The notes under the pieces are model-generated. The model was not told the DNA's origin, searched no databases, and saw only the letters and a program-made list of their open reading frames with translations. A DNA stretch of 63,116 nucleotides, the filler included. It is 7 parts of 7 records of this genome, joined end to end, with 100 filler letters (N's around TTAATTAATTAA, not from the genome) between each part and the next. Parts side by side here need not be neighbours in the genome. Positions count along the whole stretch, not along the records: positions 51,073 to 57,868 come from SRR31156797_670; positions 57,969 to 63,116 come from SRR31156797_673; 5 more parts are not named here. One strand, 5' to 3'. The number at the start of each line of letters is the position of its first letter. Position 1 is the stretch's first letter. Shown here piece by piece: positions 51,812-62,077 of this stretch. The position numbers were made by a program, and so were the translations under genes.

Positions 51812-53434
51812 ATGATGAATTTGAAGATCGCTTTAGGACAATTAAATCTAACTGTCGGTGATATCAGAGGAAATTCCGACAAGATCATTCAAGCTATAGA
51901 AGAAGCCAAAAAGGGGAAAGCGGATATTATTGTTTTTCCCGAATTGGCTCTATGCGGATATCCGCCTCTTGACCTTGTGTTGGAAGATGAGTTTATTCAT
52001 GCCAATCAGAGAAAGATTGAGAAGATCGCAAAATATGCTGAAGGGATCGTTGCGATCGTCGGTTATGTGCAAAAACATGATAATAAATTATGGAATTCCG
52101 TAGCTGTCATGCAAGATGGCAAGATCGTTGAAAATGTCCATAAGATCAATTTGCCCACTTATGATGTTTTTGATGAATTGAGGTATTTCTCATATGTCAA
52201 TGATCCGAAGCCCGTGGATCTAACGATCAAGGGCAGAAAATACAGGCTTGGAATAGAGATCTGCGAAGACCTGTGGGATGACCGCTATGAAACCAAGGTT
52301 ACACGAGAACTTGTAAAAAAAGGTGCCGAGATCATCCTGAATGCAAGCGCATCTCCTTTCAGGGTAGCAAAGATCAAGCAACGTATAGCACTTGTAAGAG
52401 AAAAAGTTAAAGAGGGAAATATACCCTTTGTTTACACCAATCTTGTTGGGGGACAGGACGAATTGATCTTTGACGGGAATAGCTTTGCCATCGATTCGGA
52501 AGGTAAATTTGCGGCATACATGAAACCTTCTGTAGAAGAAATCGCCTACTGTGAATTCAAGGAGGGAAAAACCGTAATTGATATTCCGGAGCCTCAGCCG
52601 GATGATATGGCAGGATTGAGAGCCGCATTATTACTTGGAATTAAAGATTATTTTTATAAAAGTGGTTTTAAAGATGCTGTTTTGGGACTAAGCGGCGGTA
52701 TCGATTCGGCACTGGTTGCAATATTGGCTGCAGAAGCCTTGGGAAAAGAACATGTGTACGGTTTTGCCATGCCTTCACAATTTTCTTCAGATCATTCAAT
52801 TGCCGATGCTGAACAATTGGCAAAAAATCTGGGTATTCATTTTGATATGATAGCGGTAAAACCCATGTATGAAACCTTTATGGAATCGTTGAAAGCTCAG
52901 TTTGCAGGTACGAAGTTCGGTTTGGCCGAAGAAAATCTTCAAGCTCGTATTCGCGGTTCGATCTTGATGTCCCTTGCCAATAAAAAGAACGCTCTGACAC
53001 TGACTACCGGGAATAAAACAGAGATCGCCTTGGGTTACTGTACCTTATATGGAGATATGTGCGGAGCTTTAGGCCCGATCTCCGATCTGAATAAAATGGA
53101 TGTTTATCGTTTGTCCAATTATTTGAATGAGCAATACGGTTACGATGTGATCCCACAAAATACAATTGATAAAAAACCCTCAGCAGAGTTAGCAGAAGAC
53201 CAATATGATCCCTTCGATTATGAGGTTGTAGCTCCTTTAGTCGACGACCTATTGATCAATAAACCGATCGAGGAATTGATCGAGAAAACCAGTGATCCTG
53301 AATTGGTGAACCGTGTATTAACCTTGATCCGCATGACAGAATATAAGCGTTGGCAGGCAGCTCCCGGATTAAGGGTAACCTCCAAAGCATTTGGGCAAGG
53401 TCGTAAAATGCCGCTGGTAAATCATTTTAAATAA
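51812..53434 (+). CDS. nadE: Glutamine-dependent NAD+ synthetase
   Basis: Nitrilase domain (FPEL, K.NLPTY.VFDE, EICED) and synthetase domain (GLSGGIDS, ENLQARIRG, KPSAEL). Confidence 0.96.
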   Translation: MMNLKIALGQLNLTVGDIRGNSDKIIQAIEEAKKGKADIIVFPELALCGYPPLDLVLEDEFIHANQRKIEKIAKYAEGIVAIVGYVQKHDNKLWNSVAVMQDGKIVENVHKINLPTYDVFDELRYFSYVNDPKPVDLTIKGRKYRLGIEICEDLWDDRYETKVTRELVKKGAEIILNASASPFRVAKIKQRIALVREKVKEGNIPFVYTNLVGGQDELIFDGNSFAIDSEGKFAAYMKPSVEEIAYCEFKEGKTVIDIPEPQPDDMAGLRAALLLGIKDYFYKSGFKDAVLGLSGGIDSALVAILAAEALGKEHVYGFAMPSQFSSDHSIADAEQLAKNLGIHFDMIAVKPMYETFMESLKAQFAGTKFGLAEENLQARIRGSILMSLANKKNALTLTTGNKTEIALGYCTLYGDMCGALGPISDLNKMDVYRLSNYLNEQYGYDVIPQNTIDKKPSAELAEDQYDPFDYEVVAPLVDDLLINKPIEELIEKTSDPELVNRVLTLIRMTEYKRWQAAPGLRVTSKAFGQGRKMPLVNHFK

Positions 53435-53459
53435 AGCGTGACCCACATCACAGATATTT

Positions 53460-53487
53460 AGAACCCTGATAAAATTGGGGTTCTTTT
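53460..53487 (+). terminator. Terminator after nadE
   Basis: AGAACCCTGAT-AAA-ATTGGGGTTCTTTT. Confidence 0.65.
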
Positions 53488-53526
53488 GCTTTAATTAACT
53501 TAATTTTCATTGTTTTCGGGGGACAA

Positions 53527-55545
53527 ATGAACGTTAAGGACCAGCCGGCTTTAAGGTATTTATTATTTCTGGTAACCGGGATTGTGATCGCAATGATCAT
53601 ACAAATCCCGTTATTACTTGTAGTATTATTAACAATTATTGCAGTTCTTTTGTTGATAATTATTAAGAAAGAACGATTTTATCAAATACTGTGTGCATCT
53701 TGCATACTGCTTTGCGGTGTGCTAAGCATGTCTTTTGCGGAATCAAGATACCAGATCATCCATGATATTCCGGAGGGTAAAAGAGATTGTGAATTGATCG
53801 TGTTGAAGCAGAAATCGAATCCATATTATTTGGAATCATATATCATTAAAACAAAAGTGAATGGATATACCATAAAAGGGACCTTGTATGCAAAAACAGG
53901 TATGACAGAACTTATCCCGGGGAAGAAATATCATGTTCCCGGTATTGAATTGAGCTCGATCACGGCAGATAAAAATATTTATGTTTTCAATTATCTGGAA
54001 TATGCCAAAGTACATGGTCTATCACATCGTTTCAAGATGACTAAAAATGCAAGTATAGAGGATCTTGGGATATCAAACCCTTTGATCTATTATTCCTTTT
54101 GTGTAAGAAATGATATATCGGTGAGATTTCTATCTGTTCTAGGTATTGAAAAGGGAAGCTTGGTAAATGGCTTGCTATTGGGATTGAAATCTGAGATACC
54201 TCCGTGTATTGCAGATCTTTTTCGTCAACTTGGAGTAAGTCACTTATTGGCCGTCTCGGGATTACATGTCGGACTGATTATGCTGATCATTTATCAGATC
54301 TTGCTGGCAATGAGCATACCAAGAATTCCCCGGGTCATACTTGTCGGAGTGTTCTTGTTGTTCTATTGTTTTTTGACCGGTGGTTCTCCATCGGTCATTC
54401 GATCATCTCTTATGTCAGTTCTACTTCTGTTTGCACCGGTATTCAGCAGAAAATATCAAGCGCTTAATGCTGTGGCAGCAGCCGGGGTTGTTCTTCTGTT
54501 GATCAATCCATTTTACATTAAAGATCTTGGCTTTCAATTCTCGTTTTCAGCGGTATTCGGTATTTTGATCGCATATCCGAGGATAAGAGCTTGGTTCGGG
54601 AAAAAGAAATTCAATCCCGTTACGGGATATATTATCGATATGCTATCGGTCTCACTTAGCGCAGCATTATTTACTACCCCTGTCGCTCTATACTATTTCA
54701 ATTCGCTTCAGCTGGCCTCAATGCTATTGAACCTTATCGTAATTCCTTTGACCTTCTGTGTAATGATCTCAGCCATCATATCCTTACCGGGTCTTTTTAT
54801 TCCTAGCATCTTTGCTGATCTTGCTCTTCATACCTTGGATCTTAGTCTCAATATATTTCGCTGGGTTCTCCGCTTGGCATCAAGATCTTCGCTATGGACT
54901 GTGCAGGTATCTTCTTTCTGGAAACCCCTTGTTTTAGGTGCATTTATTGTTGTGTTGGCATTTTTATGTCTTGAAAATAAGAGATGGCGCCGAGTTATTT
55001 CCTTGGCTGGGACCCTAGCTTGTATGATCTGGTTCTACAGTTCAACAAAACCTGAGTTAATTCGTCCCGAATTGAAGAAAGGGAATACACTTTTATATAG
55101 AAAAGGAAGAAATGCACTGGTGATCAATACAGGATCGGCATATTATAATAATAATGATTTTGACAGATATATTAAACCTGTGCTCGAACACTGGGGAATC
55201 AAGAATATTGACGTTATTCTAAGCCAATGGGATAAAGGTTATTCATCGAATATCGGAGCCTTACAAAGACAATATCCCCAAAGCAGAGTATTTGCACCCG
55301 AAGCACCCGATAATATTGATTGTAATTTCACTACATTAAAACAAGACACAACCATTTATTGGACAGGAGGAAAAGTTAATATTATTTTCAAGAACAAAAT
55401 GCCTTCTATCGAGTATAAAATCAGCAAACACATAATAAACTTTGATAATGAAACACTGAAAATTGATGGCAAAAACTCAATGGAATTTTACCGGATATTA
55501 AAAGGTAAACATCTAAAAAAAGGGGATAATTCTTCCAAGTTATAG
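53527..55545 (+). CDS. comEC: ComEC/Rec2 competence protein
   Basis: LLLG, GVSHLLAVSGLHVG, SPSVIRS, GFQFSF; multiple TMs; degenerate C-terminal MBL-like region. Confidence 0.9.
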   Translation: MNVKDQPALRYLLFLVTGIVIAMIIQIPLLLVVLLTIIAVLLLIIIKKERFYQILCASCILLCGVLSMSFAESRYQIIHDIPEGKRDCELIVLKQKSNPYYLESYIIKTKVNGYTIKGTLYAKTGMTELIPGKKYHVPGIELSSITADKNIYVFNYLEYAKVHGLSHRFKMTKNASIEDLGISNPLIYYSFCVRNDISVRFLSVLGIEKGSLVNGLLLGLKSEIPPCIADLFRQLGVSHLLAVSGLHVGLIMLIIYQILLAMSIPRIPRVILVGVFLLFYCFLTGGSPSVIRSSLMSVLLLFAPVFSRKYQALNAVAAAGVVLLLINPFYIKDLGFQFSFSAVFGILIAYPRIRAWFGKKKFNPVTGYIIDMLSVSLSAALFTTPVALYYFNSLQLASMLLNLIVIPLTFCVMISAIISLPGLFIPSIFADLALHTLDLSLNIFRWVLRLASRSSLWTVQVSSFWKPLVLGAFIVVLAFLCLENKRWRRVISLAGTLACMIWFYSSTKPELIRPELKKGNTLLYRKGRNALVINTGSAYYNNNDFDRYIKPVLEHWGIKNIDVILSQWDKGYSSNIGALQRQYPQSRVFAPEAPDNIDCNFTTLKQDTTIYWTGGKVNIIFKNKMPSIEYKISKHIINFDNETLKIDGKNSMEFYRILKGKHLKKGDNSSKL

Positions 55546-55590
55546 AAGAATTTCATATATTCTTTTAATAGTAACTAAGAAAGGGAAAAA

Positions 55591-56556
55591 ATGAAGAAGA
55601 TATTGGTATTTGCTTTGATCATTTTAATGCTTGGCTCCTGCAGCACCTACTACGGAAAATACGATTATGACAGATATTTCCAAAATAACGAACCCTATGT
55701 TACCGTCGATTCTGAAGATGAAGCGGCAGAGTTCATAGCAAGAAAACTTGCACGTCGTTTTAAAAGAACCGGCAGAAGGACTATTTCGATCCTTGCTTTT
55801 ACAGATGAGTATGGTGACAGGATCAATCGCGGTGATTTTTTTGCTCGAATGGTTACAGCGGAGCTTACCAGATATCGCAATCCCATTGTTATTGAACGTG
55901 AATCACTCTATGAACTGGTTAAAGAGCGTGAACTTTCTATGACTAACCTGATCGATAATGAAGGTTACGAATTAGAAAAATTATTACAAGCGGATTATAT
56001 TCTTCATGGTCGTATTCTCAGAGGCAAACACGAGGACATGATCTCTGTACGTTGCTTTGAAGTAGGTACCGGACAAGTAGTATATGCTTCAACTGTCAGT
56101 ATTGATTATACTCCTGATCCCATTTATGTGCCCACGCCCACACCTCCTCCAGGCGGTGGTGTGATTATTATTAATAATCCTAATCCACCACATAATCCAA
56201 CACCTAATCCTCCTACTACAACAGATCCTGATCCTACACCCGATCCGAAAGAACCCAAGAAAAAACCAAGGGATGGAACAGAAAATAAGGGTAAGATTGA
56301 TCTGGATGATCAGAAAAAAGGTACTTCCAATCAGTATAAGTATAAGAAGAAAGTCACTAATGAACCAGTCAAAAAACCGACTTCAGCAATCAAAAAAGTA
56401 ACGGTCACTCCCAAACCCACATCTACTATTAAAAAATCAACAACCACATCAAAAGAAAAAGTTGTATATAAAGAACCGGTCGAAGAATTGAAAAAGGAAG
56501 AGAGTAAGAAAAGCTCAACAAGTACTTCTAAGAAAACTTCGACAACAAAGAAATAA
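55591..56556 (+). CDS. Lipoprotein with CsgG/FlgO-like domain, Pro-rich linker and Lys/Thr-rich tail
   Basis: Lipobox LGSC; ISILAF, VIERE.L..LVKE, ADYILHG, VGTGQVV; PTPTPPP linker; KKSSTSTSKKTSTTKK tail. Confidence 0.7.
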   Translation: MKKILVFALIILMLGSCSTYYGKYDYDRYFQNNEPYVTVDSEDEAAEFIARKLARRFKRTGRRTISILAFTDEYGDRINRGDFFARMVTAELTRYRNPIVIERESLYELVKERELSMTNLIDNEGYELEKLLQADYILHGRILRGKHEDMISVRCFEVGTGQVVYASTVSIDYTPDPIYVPTPTPPPGGGVIIINNPNPPHNPTPNPPTTTDPDPTPDPKEPKKKPRDGTENKGKIDLDDQKKGTSNQYKYKKKVTNEPVKKPTSAIKKVTVTPKPTSTIKKSTTTSKEKVVYKEPVEELKKEESKKSSTSTSKKTSTTKK

Positions 56557-56559
56557 TAT

Positions 56560-57546
56560 ATGTCAGGTGATATCAATTCACTTAAGGCTTTTGACCGGGA
56601 ATATCTAAAAGAACACGCACTCATTGTTGGAGTGGATGAAGCCGGTCGAGGGCCTTTGGCAGGTCCGGTAACGGCTGCCGCAGCAGTTTTTGCACCGGAT
56701 ACCTATCATGAATTGATAAAAGACTCTAAAAAACTCTCTGAAAAACAACGTGAAAAAGCCTACGAATGGATTATAGACCATGCGGAAGCATGGGCGGTTC
56801 ATTCTCTTGGTGTGCAATCAATAAATCATGGGAATATTCTTCAGGCTGCGTTGACAGCGATGGAAAAATCAGTTGAAAAGCTGAATTTATCGGATGCACA
56901 CGTACTTGTAGATGGAAACCATGTACCTTTTGAATTAAGGGGCAAAGGTGAAGCTGTTATAGGCGGGGATAGACGATCTTTCAGTATTGCTGCAGCATCA
57001 ATTCTTGCCAAGGTCAGTCGTGACCGCATGATGAAACGCTGGGCGGAGATCTATCCCGAATATGGTTTTGAGAAGCATAAAGGTTATGGGACAGCACAGC
57101 ATATCAAAGCTTTGGAAGAGTTCTATCCAACGCCTATACACCGCAGGTATTTTGCGCCCATGAAGAATATGTCATTTCCAAATTATCCGACTCCGGCCTT
57201 TATTGGCAGGTGGGGGGAGAACTGGGCGATCTATTACTTGATCTTGAAAGGATATCATTTTATTCAACGCAATTATCATGGTGGAAACAAGGGTGAGATC
57301 GATATCATCATGAAAGATGGTGAGACTTACATTATGGTAGAAGTTAAAACCTCAACCGGATATGATGAGTTCACAACAGCTGAAAGGATCAATGACGAGA
57401 AAATGAAGAAGATGAGCGAGGCTACCGATCTTTACTTTTATGATTTGAAAATGGACGAATATGATGTTAGATTTGATGCAGTGACAGTAAGAGGGAACGA
57501 TTTGTTTGCGCCAAGCATAGAACACTACGAAGATATCGTATTTTAA
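56560..57546 (+). CDS. rnhB: Ribonuclease HII fused to YraN (UPF0102) nuclease domain
   Basis: GVDEAGRGPLAGPV, DGN, SIAAASILAKVSRD, KGYGT, HRR; in-frame GRWGE..A..YL..KGY....RNY...GEIDII...VEVKT...RFD. Confidence 0.92.
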   Translation: MSGDINSLKAFDREYLKEHALIVGVDEAGRGPLAGPVTAAAAVFAPDTYHELIKDSKKLSEKQREKAYEWIIDHAEAWAVHSLGVQSINHGNILQAALTAMEKSVEKLNLSDAHVLVDGNHVPFELRGKGEAVIGGDRRSFSIAAASILAKVSRDRMMKRWAEIYPEYGFEKHKGYGTAQHIKALEEFYPTPIHRRYFAPMKNMSFPNYPTPAFIGRWGENWAIYYLILKGYHFIQRNYHGGNKGEIDIIMKDGETYIMVEVKTSTGYDEFTTAERINDEKMKKMSEATDLYFYDLKMDEYDVRFDAVTVRGNDLFAPSIEHYEDIVF

Positions 57547-57559
57547 TTAAGGAATAGTG

Positions 57560-57868
57560 ATGACTGAACATAATGAAGTCGAAGTAAAAGAGACCAAAAA
57601 ACGCAAAAAGAAAAAACGCACGTTTGCAACAAAGAGAGATAAAGTCATTTATGAGGTCAAATCCTGGACGATCATCATACTGGCAGTATGGATCATCAGG
57701 TCCATGATCTTTTGCAATTATATAATTCCGACCGGCTCTATGGAAAATACTATGATGACCGGAACCTTTGTGATCGGAAATCAGATCCATTATGGTGCCC
57801 AAACCCCTCATAAGATAGCAATTCCTTTTACTCAAACAGGTTTTACTATTCCTCATGTGAAATTACCG
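57560..57868 (+). CDS. lepB: Signal peptidase I (partial)
   Basis: One TM followed by IPTGSMENT catalytic Ser motif. Confidence 0.88.
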
Positions 57869-57968
57869 NNNNNNNNNNNNNNNNNNNNNNNNNNNNNNNN
57901 NNNNNNNNNNNNTTAATTAATTAANNNNNNNNNNNNNNNNNNNNNNNNNNNNNNNNNNNNNNNNNNNN
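57869..57968. other. Artificial contig spacer
   Basis: N44-TTAATTAATTAA-N44. Confidence 0.99.
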
Positions 57969-58050
57969 GTATCAAAAAGAAACTAAAATTTATATAGTCA
58001 AAATAAAGCTGAGTTAAGCTAATAACAAATTAAAATTTCGTCAAAAAAAT

Positions 58051-58096
58051 ATAAATCCAAAATATAAAATTATATAAGCTTATATTTTGGATTTAT
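58051..58096. terminator. AT-rich terminator hairpin
   Basis: 17-bp inverted repeat ATAAATCCAAAATATAA/TTATATTTTGGATTTAT downstream of the Omp85 gene. Confidence 0.65.
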
Positions 58097-58119
58097 TAAT
58101 TTAAATTGAAGTTTATTTC

Positions 58120-59181
58120 TTAAAATGCGTCGCCAAAATCAAGATAAAATGCCATAGATCCATCTTCATTAAAACCAACATCAAATCTTATTTTAACACC
58201 ATCTTTTTCAGATATAATATATTTTAATCCTCCACCTATAGTGGATTTCATTTCATTTACTTCGAATTCAGATGCTTTATTTGCCACTTGCCCTGTAGAT
58301 GCAAATGCAACACCTGTTAATTTTCCTCTAATTGGAAATCTATATTCTCCTTGCATAGCAAGTTTTGATTTATCCACATATCTTTTAGATAAATATCCTC
58401 TAAGTAAATTTCCTGAACCTAGGCTTTCTAAATAATCCAATGGGACATCTCCTGTAGATTGAGCTGTGTAGAACTGAAAACCAACAACTTTATTTATGCC
58501 AACTTCTTTAAATGCCCTTGCATCTAATGATACTGAATAAAAGTCATAGTCACTATCAATTACTTCGTTATAGACTTTTGTTTTAGCACCGATGATATAT
58601 CCATTTTTAGTTATTCTAGGATTATCTCTTTTATCAAAAGTATAGTTGAATCCAATACCTGAAACTTTTCCATTTTCGTTATAATCACCACTATCTAAAA
58701 ATCCACCGTTTTCTAAGTCAGTTGTTTCCAAATCACGATAAATATATTCGGTACCGAGATACTGAGAATCCATAAACTCTTTTTTTACACCAGTTTCGAA
58801 GCCAAACTCTTTTGAAACATATAGTTCTTCTGCACCATCTTCAGTGTTATTTCCAATTCCGTGAAATGGTGATTTCCAATCAACTGCAGAAGTATTGAAT
58901 TCCAGAATATACCCTGTATCATAAAGTTCCTTCTGTAAATCAAGAGAAAGAATTTTTTGATCTTTTGTTGTTAAAATACCCTGTATTTCACCATCTAAAA
59001 CTCCGCTTGCAGATCTTTCTACATATATTAACTGAGCACCGTAGCCAACACCAACATCAGATGAAGCAAAGATAATCGGGATAGCATATAGATTATCTTC
59101 TTTGTCATTTGTATTATTTGCTGATGCGGATATTGCCCCTAAGATCATAAATAATCCTGCAATTTTCTTTTTTAAACTCAT
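58120..59181 (-). CDS. Omp85/BamA-TamA family barrel protein without POTRA domains
   Basis: Signal peptide; FDKRDN, LLRGY..RY, EYRFP, GGGLKY, RFDVG, terminal FGDAF; alternative start 59196. Confidence 0.8.
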   Translation of the reverse strand: MSLKKKIAGLFMILGAISASANNTNDKEDNLYAIPIIFASSDVGVGYGAQLIYVERSASGVLDGEIQGILTTKDQKILSLDLQKELYDTGYILEFNTSAVDWKSPFHGIGNNTEDGAEELYVSKEFGFETGVKKEFMDSQYLGTEYIYRDLETTDLENGGFLDSGDYNENGKVSGIGFNYTFDKRDNPRITKNGYIIGAKTKVYNEVIDSDYDFYSVSLDARAFKEVGINKVVGFQFYTAQSTGDVPLDYLESLGSGNLLRGYLSKRYVDKSKLAMQGEYRFPIRGKLTGVAFASTGQVANKASEFEVNEMKSTIGGGLKYIISEKDGVKIRFDVGFNEDGSMAFYLDFGDAF

Positions 59182-59278
59182 TTTCAAATTAATCATCCCC
59201 GTTTTTTAAATTATGTCTTATTATATCTTTTATTTGATGAGCCAGTCAATAAAATTATAATTTGAAAATAAAAGTAAT

Positions 59279-59305
59279 AAAAAAGCCTCTTCATAACGAA
59301 GAGGC
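59279..59305 (-). terminator. Intrinsic terminator
   Basis: GCCTCTTC/GAAGAGGC stem with a minus-strand T-tract. Confidence 0.75.
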
Positions 59306-59313
59306 AAAAATAT

Positions 59314-59982
59314 TTAATTTGAACTTTTAAAAAGTTTATTCATTGGGTTTTCTACAACCATAAAACCTTCAGGGACATTAAATGCATCATTTGATATTCT
59401 CGGATTTTCTTCAAAGATAATCGCTTCATAAATAATTTTATCTTTATCTAGGAATTTAATCTGTCTAAGAACAACACCTTTGTACACCCAGACAACACCA
59501 TCACTAACTCTTAATACTTCACATGTTCTATTAAGAACAGTTTCAGTTCCAATTAACTGTTTTTCTCTTTGCTGCTCAGCTTCTACTTCATCAGCAGACT
59601 CATCAAGCTCAGCAAAAGCATCATCTACTTTATCTTTAAGAGAGTTTTTACTTGATCTTTTTTTAGGTTTCTCTTTTTTACTCTCAATAATCTCAGTAAA
59701 GTATGTTCTGGACATGAAGTTAAGAGTTACAAGTTTATTCTCTTTTTTGATAGTTCCCAGCATAGTCTTCATTTCAGAATCATTAACTTGAAGGCTTATT
59801 TCGGAATAAACAGATTCTTTTTCGCCATAGTTATCAAATAAGACTTCACTATAGCCATGATCGAAACCAGTAATTTCATACTTAATATAAGCTGATTTAA
59901 TATTATAATTTTGTTCGTCATTGGCTCTGGCAAAAACTGTAGTTGATACTAATATTAACAAAATAACAGGCAGTTTTTTCAT
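59314..59982 (-). CDS. Secreted hypothetical protein
   Basis: Start MKKLPVILLILVSTTVFA after AGGGGG; beta-rich, GTETVLNRTCEV..VWVYKGV. Confidence 0.7.
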   Translation of the reverse strand: MKKLPVILLILVSTTVFARANDEQNYNIKSAYIKYEITGFDHGYSEVLFDNYGEKESVYSEISLQVNDSEMKTMLGTIKKENKLVTLNFMSRTYFTEIIESKKEKPKKRSSKNSLKDKVDDAFAELDESADEVEAEQQREKQLIGTETVLNRTCEVLRVSDGVVWVYKGVVLRQIKFLDKDKIIYEAIIFEENPRISNDAFNVPEGFMVVENPMNKLFKSSN

Positions 59983-60441
59983 AATAAAACGCCCCCTTAA
60001 AACCTCTGGTTGAATTATTTTCTCATTACTAATTTTAAAATTCATTAAACACCTCTAGTATCAAAATTGATACAATTCTTATTATATAATCCCTTTAACT
60101 AATTATCTTCCATTTCTCTTAGATTTTAATTAGAAAACTAATTTAATAAGAGAAATAAAGCTAAAATGTTATTCTATAAGTATTATCGCATTTCAATGTT
60201 AAAATTATATTATAAATTAATGCAAATTACTAGTAATATGTTCAAAAAATCTTATAAATGATTCTAATTTAGTGTTTATGTATAAATATAACACCAAAAA
60301 AATAAAAAAATAAACTCTAAGTAAAACTGAAAAGGTGATAAAATCTATAATAATAAAATTATACAATAAAAAATAAAATTCATATAAGCTTTGGATTAAA
60401 GTGAAAAGTATTAAATATATCAAAAACTAAAGAGAGAGTTT

Positions 60442-61968
60442 TTATATTGTAACTCTCTCCTTTCTATTTTTTATGTATTCTGAAGCGACAAATAATGTTA
60501 TTATGAAAATAACGTTAAGACTGCTTAAAGCCGAACTTTCCATCATAAGTTTATCAGTTGCAATTGAATAATTTATAATTGAGATAACTGGAAATACATC
60601 ACCAAGCTGCATTGTATATGAGATAGTAAATTCACCGAATACAATTGCGAAGATCTGCATGAAAACCGATATAAAGATATTTTTAAGCATAGGAAACTCT
60701 ATAAACTTAAATACTTCCCATGATGAAGCACCATCTAATTGAGCAGCTTCTAAGATCTCCTTTTTAACCCCCAACACATGTTGATACATAAATGAATATG
60801 CTACAGGAATCGCTATTAAGAAATATCCAATTATTAATAACAACATAAAAGGGACACCGTATAAAATATTCATGTATAAGAGTGTGATTGATAAAAAGGC
60901 ACTGGAAATACCAACAGTTGATAAAATAACGTAATTACTATATTTTGAGTGATTTTTTAAAAATAAATAAACGAAAGATATTACTATAATACTCACAATT
61001 ATAGCTATAACTCCTGTATTTATAAACGCCTGAATAACAGGATAATCTGTATTAAACTCTTTGGTGAAAAGAATTCTTAATCCTTTTAGACTAAATCGTT
61101 CTTCATAAAAATTATAGAATGCAAATAATAATCCTGAGCTGACAATTAAAAATTCCAGTAAAATATAAAAAACAGAAAATATTTTAATTAAATTACTCAT
61201 TTTTATCTCTTTAAGTTTTTCGTTTTCTAATTCATAGTTTGTAACATTATGACTTAAGATATTGATTGCAGATAAAATAACTAATTGAATTAATCCGTAT
61301 GAAAATGCCTTTGAGAAATCAAAACTTGATAATATAGTAGTTGCAATCTCAACTTCAAGTGTAGAATAGTTAATTCCACCTAAAGCCAGTATAATGGCAA
61401 ATGATGTAAAGCAGTAAGCAAATACCAGAAAGAATGCTCGAAATATTAATGGAAGCATAATAGGTAATTCAATTCTAAAAAACATAGATTTTTTACTTAT
61501 TCCGTCTAATTCAGCAGCTTCTCTATATGAATTTGGTATTTTTCTTATTCCCTCTGCAATATATTTTATAAATATAGGAGAATTATAAAAAACATTTGCT
61601 ACGATTATAGCCTTTAATGAGTATAAAAAATTAAACTGTTTAGCAAAAGCAGTGTTTCCTATAAGCGAAAAAGCTACCACAGTAGATATCGCCGGAAAGA
61701 AAAACGGAATAAAGATTGAACTTTCAATTAGTTTTGCTAAAAAATTCTTATTATAAGCGCAATAATAGGCAGGTATAATAGCGATGAAAAAGGCAAAAAT
61801 ACTTGAAACAAGTGCCTGTGAAAAAGTAAAAGTGATGACTTCAAACGTATAAGCATCGAAAACTTTGATAATATCAATTGGTTTAAAAAAATCACGTGCA
61901 AATATTCCCAGAGGTACCAGCCATATAATAAAATATATTAAATTTAAATAGATTGATTTTTTTTTCAT
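60442..61968 (-). CDS. thiP: Thiamine ABC transporter permease (ThiP-like)
   Basis: Two EAA loops (EAAELDG, EAAQLDGAS); FTFSQA, ANVFYNSP, TLEVEI; next to thiB. Confidence 0.85.
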   Translation of the reverse strand: MKKKSIYLNLIYFIIWLVPLGIFARDFFKPIDIIKVFDAYTFEVITFTFSQALVSSIFAFFIAIIPAYYCAYNKNFLAKLIESSIFIPFFFPAISTVVAFSLIGNTAFAKQFNFLYSLKAIIVANVFYNSPIFIKYIAEGIRKIPNSYREAAELDGISKKSMFFRIELPIMLPLIFRAFFLVFAYCFTSFAIILALGGINYSTLEVEIATTILSSFDFSKAFSYGLIQLVILSAINILSHNVTNYELENEKLKEIKMSNLIKIFSVFYILLEFLIVSSGLLFAFYNFYEERFSLKGLRILFTKEFNTDYPVIQAFINTGVIAIIVSIIVISFVYLFLKNHSKYSNYVILSTVGISSAFLSITLLYMNILYGVPFMLLLIIGYFLIAIPVAYSFMYQHVLGVKKEILEAAQLDGASSWEVFKFIEFPMLKNIFISVFMQIFAIVFGEFTISYTMQLGDVFPVISIINYSIATDKLMMESSALSSLNVIFIITLFVASEYIKNRKERVTI

Positions 61969-62050
61969 GTTAAAACTTCTTTCTTGATGAAATAATAAAT
62001 ACGTTTCATTATAACATAATTTCTAAATAAAAATATATATAGAATAAATA

Positions 62051-62071
62051 AGGGCGTTCAGTGAACGCCCT
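62051..62071 (-). terminator. Hairpin after thiB
   Basis: AGGGCGTTCA-G-TGAACGCCCT followed on the minus strand by TATTTATT. Confidence 0.7.
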
Positions 62072-62077
62072 AAGAAA

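Noticed and set aside
60217-60423. 68-aa hydrophobic ORF downstream of thiP
   Set aside because: F/I/L/Y bias is expected from T-rich sequence and there is no clear RBS; cannot be supported, though a small membrane protein is not excluded
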